Assembly (NCBI GenBank): GCA_023390655.1
Contig: JAEWCL010000026.1
Location: 60,763-124,762, forward strand
Direction of reading: 5' to 3'
Origin: Bacillota bacterium
Lineage (GTDB): Bacteria; Bacillota; Clostridia; Christensenellales; CAG-138
DNA: 64,000 nucleotides
A program made the translations under genes and the position numbers. Below, one piece after another: positions 44,333 through 53,580 of the stretch. The notes beneath the pieces are model-generated. The model was not told the DNA's origin. It searched no databases and worked only from the letters and a program-made list of their open reading frames with translations. Within the stretch, counting starts at the first letter, position 1, and each line of letters starts with the position of its first letter.

Positions 44333-46270
44333 TTACGCGTGCACCTTATCCGCAATTTCCTTCTGTATCTTCGTCAGGAACGCCTCGAGCTGCATCGTGC
44401 CAAGGTCTCCCTCGCTGCGCGAGCGCACGGCCACCACGTTCTGTTCGGCTTCCTTGTCGCCGATGATAAGCATATACGGGGTCTTCTGCATCTGCGCCTC
44501 ACGGATTTTATAGCCGATCTTTTCGTTGCGCAGGTCGCACTCCACACGGATACCCGCATCAAGCAGCGTTTGCCGGATGGCGTTGCAGGCGTCGTGGTTG
44601 CGGTCGGTCATCGCCAGCACCTTCACCTGTGTTGGCATCAGCCAGGTAGGAAGCGCGCCGGCGTACTTTTCAATCAGCAGCGCGAGCGTACGTTCATAGC
44701 AGCCGATGGACGTACGGTGGATGACGATGGGATGCTTCTTCTCACCATCGCGGTCGGTATACACCATACCAAAACGCTCCGCAAGCTGGAAGTCGATCTG
44801 TATGGTGATGAGCGTATCCTCCTTGCCGTAGACGTTGCGAATTTGGATATCGAGCTTGGGGCCGTAGAACGCCGCCTCACCGTCCGCTTCCGTGAAGGGG
44901 ACCTCCAGGTCGTTGAGAATGGTGCGCATCATATCCTGCGTCTGTTCCCAGCTTTCCTTGGAGCCGATGTATTTCTCCTTGTCGTTCTCATCCCACTTGG
45001 AGAAGCGGTAGCTCACATCGTTCTCAAAGCCAAGGGTTTTGAGCATGAACTTCGCAAGGTCCAGACAGCCCTTGAATTCTTCTTCCACCTGCTCGGGCAG
45101 CACGGCAAGATGCCCTTCTGAAATGGTGAATTGCCGCACGCGGATCAGCCCGTGCATTTCGCCGGAGGATTCGTTGCGGAACAGCGTGGACGTTTCATTG
45201 AGGCGCATGGGGAGATCGCGGTAGGAACGCGCCCTGTTGAGATACGCCATGAACTGGAACGGGCAGGTCATGGGACGCAGCGCAAAGCACTCCGCCTCTT
45301 CATCATCGGGATCGCCCATGACGAACATGCCGTCCCGGTAATGGTCCCAGTGGCCGGAAATCTTATAGAGATCGGATTTTGCCATCAAGGGCGTCTTTGT
45401 GAGCAGGTAGCCGCGCTTTTGCTCCTCATCCTCCACAAAGCGCTGCAGCAGCTGAATAACGCGCGCGCCCTTCGGGAGCAGGATGGGCAGCCCCTGGCCG
45501 ATCACGTCCACGGTCGTAAACATTTCAAGCTCACGCCCCAGCTTGTTGTGGTCGCGCTTTTTGGCCTCTTCGATCTGCTGGATGTGCGCTTCAAGCTGTT
45601 CTTTTGCGGGAAACGCCGTGGCGTAAATGCGCTGGAGCATCTTGTTCTTCTCGCTGCCGCGCCAGTATGCGCCCGCAAGGGACAGAAGCTTAAAATGCTT
45701 CACCTTCTGGGTGTTGCCAAGATGAGGACCTGCACACAGGTCCATAAACTCACCCTGCTTGTAGAACGAGATCACCGCGTCCTCGGGCAAATCTTCAATG
45801 AGTTCCACCTTATAGGGTTCGTCCTTTTCCCGCATGAGCCGGATGGCCTCATCGCGCGGGAGCTCAAAGCGTTCCACACGCAGGCGTTCCTTCGATATTT
45901 TTGCCATCTCTTTTTCGATGGCTTCAAAATCCTCCAGCGTAAACGGGCGGGGCGTATCAAAATCATAATAGAAGCCGCTGTCAATGGCGGGGCCGATGGC
46001 GAGCTTCGTTTCCGGGAACAGACGCTTGACCGCCTGCGCCATCACATGCGCCGCAGTGTGCCGGAGCGTCCAGCGGCCGCCCTCATCCTCCCATGTGAGC
46101 AGGCGGACGATCGCGTCCTCTACAATGGGCGCAAAGGCGTCCACAAGCTTGCCGTTTACTTCGGCTGCAAGCGCAGCCTTGTAGGCTTCCTCATCCAGAA
46201 TCTTTGCGATATCCAGCGCGCTCACGCCGCTATCAAACGCGTGCACCTTTCCCTGATAGGTAATATTCAT
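44333..46270 (-). CDS. thrS: threonine--tRNA ligase
   Basis: The start at ATG 46270 (MNITYQGKVH) follows AAGGAGA. The product is 645 aa with a TGS domain, class II motifs (FRNESSGEMHGLIRVRQFT) and an anticodon-binding C-terminus. Confidence 0.93.
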   Translation of the reverse strand: MNITYQGKVHAFDSGVSALDIAKILDEEAYKAALAAEVNGKLVDAFAPIVEDAIVRLLTWEDEGGRWTLRHTAAHVMAQAVKRLFPETKLAIGPAIDSGFYYDFDTPRPFTLEDFEAIEKEMAKISKERLRVERFELPRDEAIRLMREKDEPYKVELIEDLPEDAVISFYKQGEFMDLCAGPHLGNTQKVKHFKLLSLAGAYWRGSEKNKMLQRIYATAFPAKEQLEAHIQQIEEAKKRDHNKLGRELEMFTTVDVIGQGLPILLPKGARVIQLLQRFVEDEEQKRGYLLTKTPLMAKSDLYKISGHWDHYRDGMFVMGDPDDEEAECFALRPMTCPFQFMAYLNRARSYRDLPMRLNETSTLFRNESSGEMHGLIRVRQFTISEGHLAVLPEQVEEEFKGCLDLAKFMLKTLGFENDVSYRFSKWDENDKEKYIGSKESWEQTQDMMRTILNDLEVPFTEADGEAAFYGPKLDIQIRNVYGKEDTLITIQIDFQLAERFGMVYTDRDGEKKHPIVIHRTSIGCYERTLALLIEKYAGALPTWLMPTQVKVLAMTDRNHDACNAIRQTLLDAGIRVECDLRNEKIGYKIREAQMQKTPYMLIIGDKEAEQNVVAVRSRSEGDLGTMQLEAFLTKIQKEIADKVHA

Positions 46271-46334
46271 TGTTCTTCCTGGTTCTCCTTTCGCTGTGTG
46301 GCCTGTTTGATAAATAACTGTTGCAGCTTGCTTT

Positions 46335-46571
46335 TTGCATAAAAAAAGCCCCTTGCACTTGCAAGGGACGGGATCACAACGCTCCCGCGGTTCCACCCTA
46401 CTTGTTGTAAAAACCACTCGTCGGCGCGATATCGCACGCTACGCGCTACAGTCAATGGGCTGGTGTTCACGGTTTGCCGCACGCATGCGCTTTCAGCCTA
46501 AGGCGCAATTCTCTTTCGCTGCCGCCGGGGATACTCCCAAAGCCGTTCAAAATCCCACGTCATCCTGCGAT
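46335..46571 (-). promoter_or_regulatory. T-box leader (Thr, ACC specifier) with terminator/antiterminator
   Basis: On the minus strand: an AGAGA-type stem I start (GCGAAAGAGAATTGCG), GTGAACACCAGCC with ACC (plus 46462-46464), the T-box sequence AGTAGGGTGGAACCGCGGGAG (46403-46384), and terminator CCCTTGCAAGTGCAAGGGGCTTTTTTT (46369-46341). Confidence 0.85.
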
Positions 46572-46577
46572 GGTGTT

Positions 46578-46606
46578 ATTATAAAACATGGGCATCAGGC
46601 TGTCAA
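46578..46606 (-). promoter_or_regulatory. consensus sigma-A promoter of the thrS leader (TTGACA-17-TATAAT)
   Basis: On the minus strand, TTGACA (46606-46601) is followed by an exact 17-nt spacer and TATAAT (46583-46578). Confidence 0.7.
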
Positions 46607-46644
46607 CAGCCGCGCGGCGGGCTTTATAAAGGGCATCCAGCCTC

Positions 46645-47325
46645 CTACAGCGTGCCCGGATACGCCTTCCTTGCAGCATCCAGGCATGCCCGCCCAAACA
46701 GCGCCGCAAATTCCGTTTCCGCACGCTCCGTCGCCATTGCGCCCGCATCTCCAAGCTGTACCCGAAGTTCCCCGCCTACGCTGTATAATATGTGGCCGAT
46801 ATGGTAATCAAAGTCTTTTACCGCGCGCTCCCCCAAGTCCGCCTTTTTCCGTCCAATCGACCGTTCCTCCTCTTCGCTGAACGATGTGCCCCATTCAAAC
46901 CGGCAGCATTCCGCGCCGTGGCTTAAGGTGCAGGGTACGGTACAGCGAAGCTCCGGATGAAACCCGCGCGCCAGCGCATCGTCCACCACCTCACAATACA
47001 GCTTTCCATACGCCAGCAGGCCGTATTTCTTCCAGCTGTTGTTCCACGGGCAATCGCGCACAACCGTGACAGCACCCGAAGGTTCCTCTACGAGCGCAGC
47101 TTCCATCTCCCCGGGCTGCGGCCGCCACTCCCCATAAACCTGAAAGGCCGCTGCAGTAAGGCGTTCTCCATCCAGGATTGCGCGCACCGCCATACGCGTA
47201 CCGCGCTCATATGCCATGCGCGTAATCCCTTTCAAGAATGCCTCCCGCCCCGCTTCGCCGCAGGCCTCAATCGCGTGCTTTGCAAGCAGCGCTACAAGCA
47301 CCGCGTGCCGCTCAATGCCGGTCAT
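46645..47325 (-). CDS. L-2-amino-thiazoline-4-carboxylic acid hydrolase-like family protein
   Basis: The ATG at 47325 follows GAGGGGG; the track start at 47340 is GTG. The Cys-rich core is CPWNNSWKKYGLLAYGKLYCEVVDDALARGFHPELRCTVPCTLSHGAECCRFEW. The family assignment is from memory. Confidence 0.45.
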   Translation of the reverse strand: MTGIERHAVLVALLAKHAIEACGEAGREAFLKGITRMAYERGTRMAVRAILDGERLTAAAFQVYGEWRPQPGEMEAALVEEPSGAVTVVRDCPWNNSWKKYGLLAYGKLYCEVVDDALARGFHPELRCTVPCTLSHGAECCRFEWGTSFSEEEERSIGRKKADLGERAVKDFDYHIGHILYSVGGELRVQLGDAGAMATERAETEFAALFGRACLDAARKAYPGTL

Positions 47326-47520
47326 GTTCTTCCCCCTCACTCGTTTCTGTATTCATATATGAAAACAGTACATTATTAGAGTATAGCGCAACTGCGCCGG
47401 AAAGTAAATGGAACGGCTCTTTCCGGGCTAAAATTTTAAAAGTATGGATTTCAACCCTGTTTCTATTGTTATTTGAACGGAAAGACGTAAAATGAAAGAA
47501 GAGTAGCTTATACTAATGGA

Positions 47521-47655
47521 AAACATAAATGCATTCAAAGCGGCGAGGGATTTTCGCGTGGGGCAAGAAGCCGGTGAGGCGTAGCAGCGCTACGTTGAGC
47601 GGAAGGCGACGCCGCCCCGCGCGAAAAGAACCGCCGCGACAATGCATTTATGTTT
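47521..47655. repeat. 135-nt imperfect palindrome (15-bp perfect AT-rich terminal inverted repeats around a GC-rich hairpin core)
   Basis: AAACATAAATGCATT (47521-47535) is the exact reverse complement of AATGCATTTATGTTT (47641-47655). Inner complementary blocks include GCGGCG/CGCCGC, TTTTCGCGTGGGGC/GCCCCGCGCGAAAA and CGTAGC-AGC-GCTACG. Confidence 0.8.
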
Positions 47656-47685
47656 GGAATTCGTATTGAGAAAAGGAGTTTTCCA

Positions 47686-48900
47686 ATGAGAGCATACGAA
47701 CGGTTCCTGAACTATGTCGGCTATGATACCACCTCAGACGAGGCCGCAAGCGAAAGCATCTGCCCCAGCACGGACAAGCAGAAGGTTCTAGGGCGGGCAT
47801 TGGTAGAAGAAATGAAGACGCTGGGCATGGAAGACGTCCACATGGACGAATTCGGCTATGTGTACGGCGTAGTGCCCGCAACCACAAATAAGGAACTTCC
47901 CATCGTCGGCCTGATCGCCCATATGGACACCAGCCCTTCTATGAGCGGCACAAACGTTAAGCCGCGCATCGTTTCTAGCTATGACGGCGGGGACATCGTG
48001 CTTAACGCGGAACAAAACGTGGTGATGCGCCCGAGCCAGTTTCCGCACCTGAAGGATTATACCGGCAACGACCTGATCGTGACCGACGGCACCACACTTT
48101 TGGGTGCTGACGACAAGGCGGGCATTGCGGAAATCCTTACCGCTGTGGAAGAACTGAAAAAGCGGAACATTCCGCACGCGAAAATTCCGGTTGCGTTTAC
48201 GCCGGATGAAGAAATCGGCCGCGGTGCCGATCATTTTGACGTTAAGAAGTTCGGTGCGGAATTCGCGTATACGGTGGACGGCGGCAGGATCGGTGAAATT
48301 GAATACGAAAACTTCAATGCCGCCGCAGCCATGATCACCATCAACGGCGTCAACATCCACCCGGGCGATTCGAAGAACCGCATGAAAAACGCTCTGCTCG
48401 TCGCCATCGAGTTTAACGCCATGCTCCCTCCGCACGAAATTCCCGCCTGCACCGAAGGGTATGAAGGCTTTTACCACCTGCACAATATGTCCGGCGAAGA
48501 AGAGCGCGCCAACTTACATTACATCCTCCGCGACCATGACCGGGCGAAGTTTGAGGCGAGAAAGGCGCGTATAGAAAAAATTGCGGCCTACCTCAACGAA
48601 AAGCACGGCCCCAACACGGTTGTCGTCAATCTTAGGGACAGTTACTACAACATGAAGGAAAAAGTGGAGCCGCACATGTTCCTGATTGAAAACGCCAAAT
48701 CAGCCATGGAAAAAGCCGGCGTCACACCTGAAATCGTGGCGATCCGCGGCGGCACGGACGGCGCGCGCCTTTCCTTTATGGGTCTGCCCTGCCCCAACCT
48801 CTCCACCGGCGGCCACAACTTCCACGGGCGGTTTGAATACATCCCCGTGCAGTCCATGGACCGCATGGTCGAGGTGCTCTTACATATCGTCCACGCATAA
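47686..48900 (+). CDS. pepT: peptidase T (tripeptide aminopeptidase, M20B)
   Basis: The start at MRAYERFLNYV follows AAGGAG. The product is 404 aa with HMDTSP, GADDKAGIAEI and TPDEEIGRGA motifs. Confidence 0.9.
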   Translation: MRAYERFLNYVGYDTTSDEAASESICPSTDKQKVLGRALVEEMKTLGMEDVHMDEFGYVYGVVPATTNKELPIVGLIAHMDTSPSMSGTNVKPRIVSSYDGGDIVLNAEQNVVMRPSQFPHLKDYTGNDLIVTDGTTLLGADDKAGIAEILTAVEELKKRNIPHAKIPVAFTPDEEIGRGADHFDVKKFGAEFAYTVDGGRIGEIEYENFNAAAAMITINGVNIHPGDSKNRMKNALLVAIEFNAMLPPHEIPACTEGYEGFYHLHNMSGEEERANLHYILRDHDRAKFEARKARIEKIAAYLNEKHGPNTVVVNLRDSYYNMKEKVEPHMFLIENAKSAMEKAGVTPEIVAIRGGTDGARLSFMGLPCPNLSTGGHNFHGRFEYIPVQSMDRMVEVLLHIVHA

Positions 48901-48912
48901 AATGCGAACAAC

Positions 48913-48950
48913 AAAAAAACTGCCGCCGGAATGCTCCGGCGGCAGTTTTA
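48913..48950. terminator. bidirectional intrinsic terminator between pepT and the RDD gene
   Basis: AAAAAAACTGCCGCCGGAATGCTCCGGCGGCAGTTTT. Confidence 0.8.
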
Positions 48951-48971
48951 CAGCAGGCACCGGCGTCGCCG

Positions 48972-50084
48972 TCACCCGGCCTTGCGCATTTCAAAGTCCA
49001 TCTGATAAAAATGTTCCTTCCCCTCTTCATCCGCAATCAAAAAGCTGTTCCCGGCTTGTTGGTAGCCCGTATGCTCCACGGCGGTTGCAACGCCTACGCC
49101 TGCGACTGTAAACGAATCGTTTGAAAGCGCATCGTCCAGCCTTTTCAGGAACGCATCCGTCAGGAAAAAGCGTACGCCGTTCATACCCGGCTGCGCGCCA
49201 ATAAACGCGATCGCCGCAATCCGCTTATCGTTCCCAACACCGCCGATCCATTCACCGCTTCTTGCCGTACGCAGCCGCACGCCTACAACAAGGCCGTCCT
49301 GTACGGTCAGCTCGTGGTTAATCGGTTCCGAATCCGGAAAATGCGATACGAGGATGCCCTCACTTTGCTGTTCTTCCCATTCTCCTGTCGGGGTCATGCG
49401 CCATGTGTCCATGCCCGCAAACTGCTTCTTGATATCGTTTACATTTGCGGCATACTGCGCGGGGGTGAGGTCCCCGCGGTGCGGCGGAAGCTGCCCTTCC
49501 AATATGATCAGCACGCCAAGCGCGACAAGCGCCAGCTGCACGCCCGCATATGCCCACGCCCGCCACGGCTTATAAGTCTTCACAGTGTAGGAGAGCTCCT
49601 CGTCCCAAGCCGGCGTTTCCCCGGCCCTGCACTTCTTGTAGCTGCGATAAAAGCACACGAGGCTATAGATGGGAATATCAAAGCCCATCCCCCATTTCAG
49701 CAGCCCCACGGTCCTTGAAAAGGCGTCTCGATATGCAAGCGTTTCCCCTTTCTGCGTACGGAGCCGCAGCCCGAACAGCCATTTCCCCGGCGTAGTCCCC
49801 CATGTGCTAAGGAGGACCGGCTCAAGCACAAGCATCAAGACCATCGTGAAGACGATATTTACAAGGCTTTCCCCGAGGCCGTTGCCGATGTACCAGCGCA
49901 GAACAAGCTTTTCAAGAAGCGCCCATAGGGTACCATAAATCCCCAAATCGAGCATTCTTGCAAAGTACCGGATCCACGGATGCCGCAGCGCCGCCTCTTC
50001 CTGCATATGGTTGACCTGCATTTGTTCCATCTGCTTTTTCGTCCTCCTTTTGACATCCTCTCTATAGAGTGTCCCTCCCCGCAA
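48972..50084 (-). CDS. RDD-family membrane protein with extracytoplasmic C-terminal domain
   Basis: 370 aa with an RDD-like N-terminal region (WIRYFARMLDLGIYG...TTPGKWLFGLRL...AYRDAFSRT) and several TM helices. The start codon is uncertain. Confidence 0.6.
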   Translation of the reverse strand: MRGGTLYREDVKRRTKKQMEQMQVNHMQEEAALRHPWIRYFARMLDLGIYGTLWALLEKLVLRWYIGNGLGESLVNIVFTMVLMLVLEPVLLSTWGTTPGKWLFGLRLRTQKGETLAYRDAFSRTVGLLKWGMGFDIPIYSLVCFYRSYKKCRAGETPAWDEELSYTVKTYKPWRAWAYAGVQLALVALGVLIILEGQLPPHRGDLTPAQYAANVNDIKKQFAGMDTWRMTPTGEWEEQQSEGILVSHFPDSEPINHELTVQDGLVVGVRLRTARSGEWIGGVGNDKRIAAIAFIGAQPGMNGVRFFLTDAFLKRLDDALSNDSFTVAGVGVATAVEHTGYQQAGNSFLIADEEGKEHFYQMDFEMRKAG

Positions 50085-50187
50085 AAGGTTGCAGGCTGCA
50101 AAAAAGAATCATAAAAACCATGCCGTACGGCATGGACAAAAAACATGATATACTGTTGTCCGGTTCAATGACGGAGAGATACTGGAA

Positions 50188-50829
50188 ATGGTACATGTTG
50201 CAGCGGCAATCATCCGCAATCAGAATGGCGGAATTCTGATCTGCCAGCGTGGGTCGGGCGGAAGCTGCGCCCACCTGTGGGAGTTTCCCGGCGGCAAGCG
50301 AGAGCCCGGCGAAACATTCGAAGCGTGCCTTGTGCGCGAATGTATGGGGGAGCTTCAGATTGCGGTTGCGGTTGACCGCCTGTATGAAGAAACGGAATAT
50401 GCGTATCCGGAAAGAACCGTACATGTTTCGTTCTTCCTCGCACATATCCTTGCGGGCGAGCCGCAGTTGAATATCCACGACGCCATACGCTGGGCAAAGC
50501 CCGAAACGCTTCCCGGTTATCGGTTCTGCCCTGCCGATATCCCCATGATCGGGCGGCTTGCTGTAAAAACGACGTTCGGCGCGGAGGCCATTCCCGCAGA
50601 TTCACTCCTTTACAATGCGTTATATCTGGATGGAAAGCATGTCCTCACAGCGTACCGCCATATAGCGGTACGCATCCTGTACGCCGATGTTGTAAAACTC
50701 CGGCGCCAGCTCCTCCACAATAAAATTCAGGAACAGCGTCGCCGCAAGGTTGCCGAGCTCTTCTTCCCGCTCGTTCAAAAAATGGTTTTGAATCCTTGCG
50801 ATCATCTCTTCCTTTTTCTCTTTGGATAA
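50188..50829 (+). CDS. MutT-like Nudix hydrolase with ~80-aa C-terminal read-on
   Basis: The Nudix fold covers the first ~130 aa, with Nudix box GGKREPGETFEACLVRECMGELQI. The ORF has no stop until 50829 and overlaps the convergent gene. Confidence 0.65.
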   Translation: MVHVAAAIIRNQNGGILICQRGSGGSCAHLWEFPGGKREPGETFEACLVRECMGELQIAVAVDRLYEETEYAYPERTVHVSFFLAHILAGEPQLNIHDAIRWAKPETLPGYRFCPADIPMIGRLAVKTTFGAEAIPADSLLYNALYLDGKHVLTAYRHIAVRILYADVVKLRRQLLHNKIQEQRRRKVAELFFPLVQKMVLNPCDHLFLFLFG

Positions 50830-50856
50830 TTTGATCCTGCTTTCGTTCGCCCGCAT
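50620..50856 (-). CDS. DUF2164-like small protein
   Basis: 78 aa. LGNLAATLFLNFIVEELAPEFYNIGVQDA matches my memory of the DUF2164 pattern. Confidence 0.55.
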   Translation of the reverse strand: MRANESRIKLSKEKKEEMIARIQNHFLNEREEELGNLAATLFLNFIVEELAPEFYNIGVQDAYRYMAVRCEDMLSIQI

Positions 50857-50981
50857 GGAGTTACCCTCCCACCGTCTGTTTTTTTGCTATTGTACCACAA
50901 AAGAAAAAGCTTCCGCACCGATACCGACGGATCAATGGAATATCCGCCCCGTATTCCGGGGCGGATGTTCTTAAATGTTAT

Positions 50982-51830
50982 TTACTTACTTACAAAATTC
51001 ATCAGTTCCAGGTTGAATTTGTCCTTTTCATCGTAGAACAGCCCGTGCCCGCTGTCTTCAAACGGGACAAGACGGGAGCCGCGTATCCCCTCGCTCTGCG
51101 CCACCCCAAGCGGAAACAGGCATACCTGATCGTGGACGCCGTGCAAAATAAGCGTAGGCACATTGACCTTTGCAAGATCGGCAAACAGCGTTTCCGCAAG
51201 CCAGGCATAGGAAACCGCAATTGTGGACCAGCTTGCCGCCTGCATGCCAAGGTCCGTTACCCACCGGTTAAACGCTTCGGGTACCGGATGATAGAAGAAC
51301 ATTTTGTTGAAATCCGTAATCATCTGCGGGCGGTCGCTTTGTGTGCTCTTTATGATATCCAGCACCGCCTGCTCCGTAATGCCATAGGGGAAATTGGGCC
51401 GCTGGATGAGGCTTGGCGCGGCAGCCGCGCACAGTACGAGCTTGCTCACCCCGTGATTGTTGTGGCGGGCCATGTAGCGTATGGCCACGGCGCCTGCCGT
51501 GGAATGCCCCAAAAGCGTCAAATCCTTAAGCTTAAGCGCATCGATCACGCAGCGGATATCGTCTGCGGAGCGGTCGTAATTATAGCCGTACGTGGGTTTG
51601 CTGGATTGGCCGAATCCCCGGACGTCCATACCGATGCAGCGGATATCGTTCTTTATGAGTTCATTGTACTGGTATTCAAAAATTCTGTGGTTGATGGGCC
51701 AGCCGTGCATAAAGAGTATCGGATGTTTGCCGGAAGGATTGATGTCGTTGACATACAGCCCCACGCCCGGCTCCGCATTGATCCAGTATTCCACTCTAGC
51801 GCCCTCCCGAAATAGATTGATTCCCCACAA
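50982..51830 (-). CDS. alpha/beta hydrolase (non-haem haloperoxidase/esterase-like)
   Basis: 282 aa with ILFMHGWP, nucleophile elbow GHSTAG and C-terminal His segment SGHGLF. Confidence 0.75.
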   Translation of the reverse strand: MWGINLFREGARVEYWINAEPGVGLYVNDINPSGKHPILFMHGWPINHRIFEYQYNELIKNDIRCIGMDVRGFGQSSKPTYGYNYDRSADDIRCVIDALKLKDLTLLGHSTAGAVAIRYMARHNNHGVSKLVLCAAAAPSLIQRPNFPYGITEQAVLDIIKSTQSDRPQMITDFNKMFFYHPVPEAFNRWVTDLGMQAASWSTIAVSYAWLAETLFADLAKVNVPTLILHGVHDQVCLFPLGVAQSEGIRGSRLVPFEDSGHGLFYDEKDKFNLELMNFVSK

Positions 51831-51942
51831 TATATTCCGGTATTTGTGGTCTATTCTTTATTAAGAAGGCCGCTCAAGCGGGGATTTTTTCTTTTACATG
51901 CTCCATTCTATAGATGCCTGCTGTTCAAACCACTCCTGAAAA

Positions 51943-52464
51943 TTAAAATTTATAAGTGATAACGCGCATGGCGAGTACGCCTAATAATACAATGCATATT
52001 GTCCCAATTAAGGCCAATATATTAAGAATTTTATTTGTTTTTTCTTTGAATATTTTAGAAAATATAAAATAACACGCTATTCCCGCAATACCCCCGAATG
52101 TATTGCCGATAAAATCCGTTATGTCAGCGCCGCCGATTGCAAACAGGAATTGCAATAATTCAAATAATAAACTGACTCCCGCTATTGAAATGGCCTTTTT
52201 CCAAAACGGCCAGTGAGGCTTTATCATGCTCAAATACAGTCCAAAGGGTATAAACACCACAATATTCAGAATAATTTCATTATAATCCAGCCTATTATTT
52301 TTAATAACGGAACCGGCAAAAGGAATTAAATTCAATCCTCTAAAATGCGGTAAATCCTGAAAGGAAACTTGCAGCTTAAATAAAATAATCCAAATTAAAA
52401 TCAAAAAATATACTGTAAATAATCCGAATGTCAATTTAATTTGATTATTTTTTTCTTTTCCCAT
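51943..52464 (-). CDS. VanZ-family membrane protein
   Basis: The start is placed at MGKEKNNQ (AGAGGAA RBS). It has four TM helices and VanZ-like NLIPFAGS and NIVVFIPFGLY segments. The gene is markedly AT-rich. Confidence 0.65.
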   Translation of the reverse strand: MGKEKNNQIKLTFGLFTVYFLILIWIILFKLQVSFQDLPHFRGLNLIPFAGSVIKNNRLDYNEIILNIVVFIPFGLYLSMIKPHWPFWKKAISIAGVSLLFELLQFLFAIGGADITDFIGNTFGGIAGIACYFIFSKIFKEKTNKILNILALIGTICIVLLGVLAMRVITYKF

Positions 52465-52474
52465 GTCTGTTCCT

Positions 52475-53062
52475 CTATTGTTCATCTTCTTTTTTTCTCA
52501 AGCATTTTCCTTTATTAGGGCGATTATCATCCAACAAAAAACCTGCCCACTCCAAATCAAGCGTTTCAATGTTTTCCTGCCAATAGATCAGACGCTGACA
52601 GTAGTCATCAATTTTTCCACGAACCTGCTTCTGATACCCGCTTTCTCCGGACTTGAGCACAATGGCGGTTAGCTCATAGAACGGAAGCCCTAAAGCATGG
52701 GTTTCAACATGCACGGTAGCGCCGGCGTGGCCAATCGCATGGCACAACGCGCCATATACGCGGTCATCGATTTCCTTCGCAACGGCATGTGCGTCCAGGA
52801 TTGCCCGCTTTGCAGCAGGCATCTTGATCTCGCCCCTCGACCAGGCCTCACAAAGCGCCAATGCCGTTCTGGGCCTTCCCTCATATGGGTATTTTTCTTC
52901 AAACTGCATAAGGGGAACTTTCGCGCACTCCAACGCCCACATAACGAGCGTGCGATGCCTTTGCTGTTCTATGAGCAGTTTCAGCCCCTGCAGGCATTCG
53001 CTCTCACGGGAAAACAGCAACGCATTCTTGTTCTTTAATTTCCGATCAACATCAGAAAACAT
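52475..53062 (-). CDS. hypothetical helical protein
   Basis: ORF starting at MFSDVDRKLK. It is all-helical, and I recognise no confident family. Confidence 0.4.
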   Translation of the reverse strand: MFSDVDRKLKNKNALLFSRESECLQGLKLLIEQQRHRTLVMWALECAKVPLMQFEEKYPYEGRPRTALALCEAWSRGEIKMPAAKRAILDAHAVAKEIDDRVYGALCHAIGHAGATVHVETHALGLPFYELTAIVLKSGESGYQKQVRGKIDDYCQRLIYWQENIETLDLEWAGFLLDDNRPNKGKCLRKKEDEQ

Positions 53063-53133
53063 TATAAAGGCCTCCGTGCGCACCAACCCGCAGTTCACCC
53101 CTTCTGGAAATTCTGTTGCTTTCCAAGGCTGCT

Positions 53134-53580
53134 TCAGGCTTTCTCCATCAGTGCCAAATCAGAACGCTGCTTTTTGTTGGGCTTTCGTTTGAGCAACAAC
53201 AGTTTTTCGATATCCGGGAAAAGCGAGGCATCGGTCAATGCAAGCCATAGCCATTTTCCATCATGATACGTTTCCGTTTCATCATACAGGTTTTGAATTG
53301 TTTTGGAATGCGCCTCCCGGTCCGCTTCAAACCGATTGCGTTCCTCCCGGCCCAATACAATCAAAAGGCTGCAGTGTCTTTCCATTGCATAAAACGTACA
53401 GAGCGTCTTTCCACCCCTGCGGTATTTGTATTCGTATACCCAATCTCTGTACCCCTTGTTCCAAAGATGCTCCATCTCATAGTTAGCATCAATCAAATCG
53501 CATAACGCTGTCCACACAGTATACAGAGGCTGCCCGAGTAAGGCGGCCATTGTTTGCGCATTTGGGATGTTCTCTAACAT
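53134..53580 (-). CDS. DUF3788-like protein
   Basis: The ATG at 53580 follows GGAGGTG. The product is 148 aa, and the pattern WNKGYRDWVYEYKYRRGGKTLCTFY...LLIVLGREER recalls DUF3788. Confidence 0.5.
   Translation of the reverse strand: MLENIPNAQTMAALLGQPLYTVWTALCDLIDANYEMEHLWNKGYRDWVYEYKYRRGGKTLCTFYAMERHCSLLIVLGREERNRFEADREAHSKTIQNLYDETETYHDGKWLWLALTDASLFPDIEKLLLLKRKPNKKQRSDLALMEKA

Noticed and set aside
45131-46342. 403-aa plus-strand ORF
   Set aside because: It is antisense to thrS and is the same type of artefact. The same applies to 54763-55671, 56941-57885 and 59507-60412, which lie opposite the aldolase, permease and SBP genes.
46271-46417. N-terminal extensions of track ORFs (thrS to 46417, ahpC to 17994, hom from 26446, rsmH to 8574, LCP from 29805, panT from 24907, LuxC-like to 33416)
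   Set aside because: In each case an internal ATG has a good Shine-Dalgarno sequence and matches the expected family N-terminus. The extension runs through leader, promoter or neighbouring-gene sequence, for example the T-box leader in the case of thrS.
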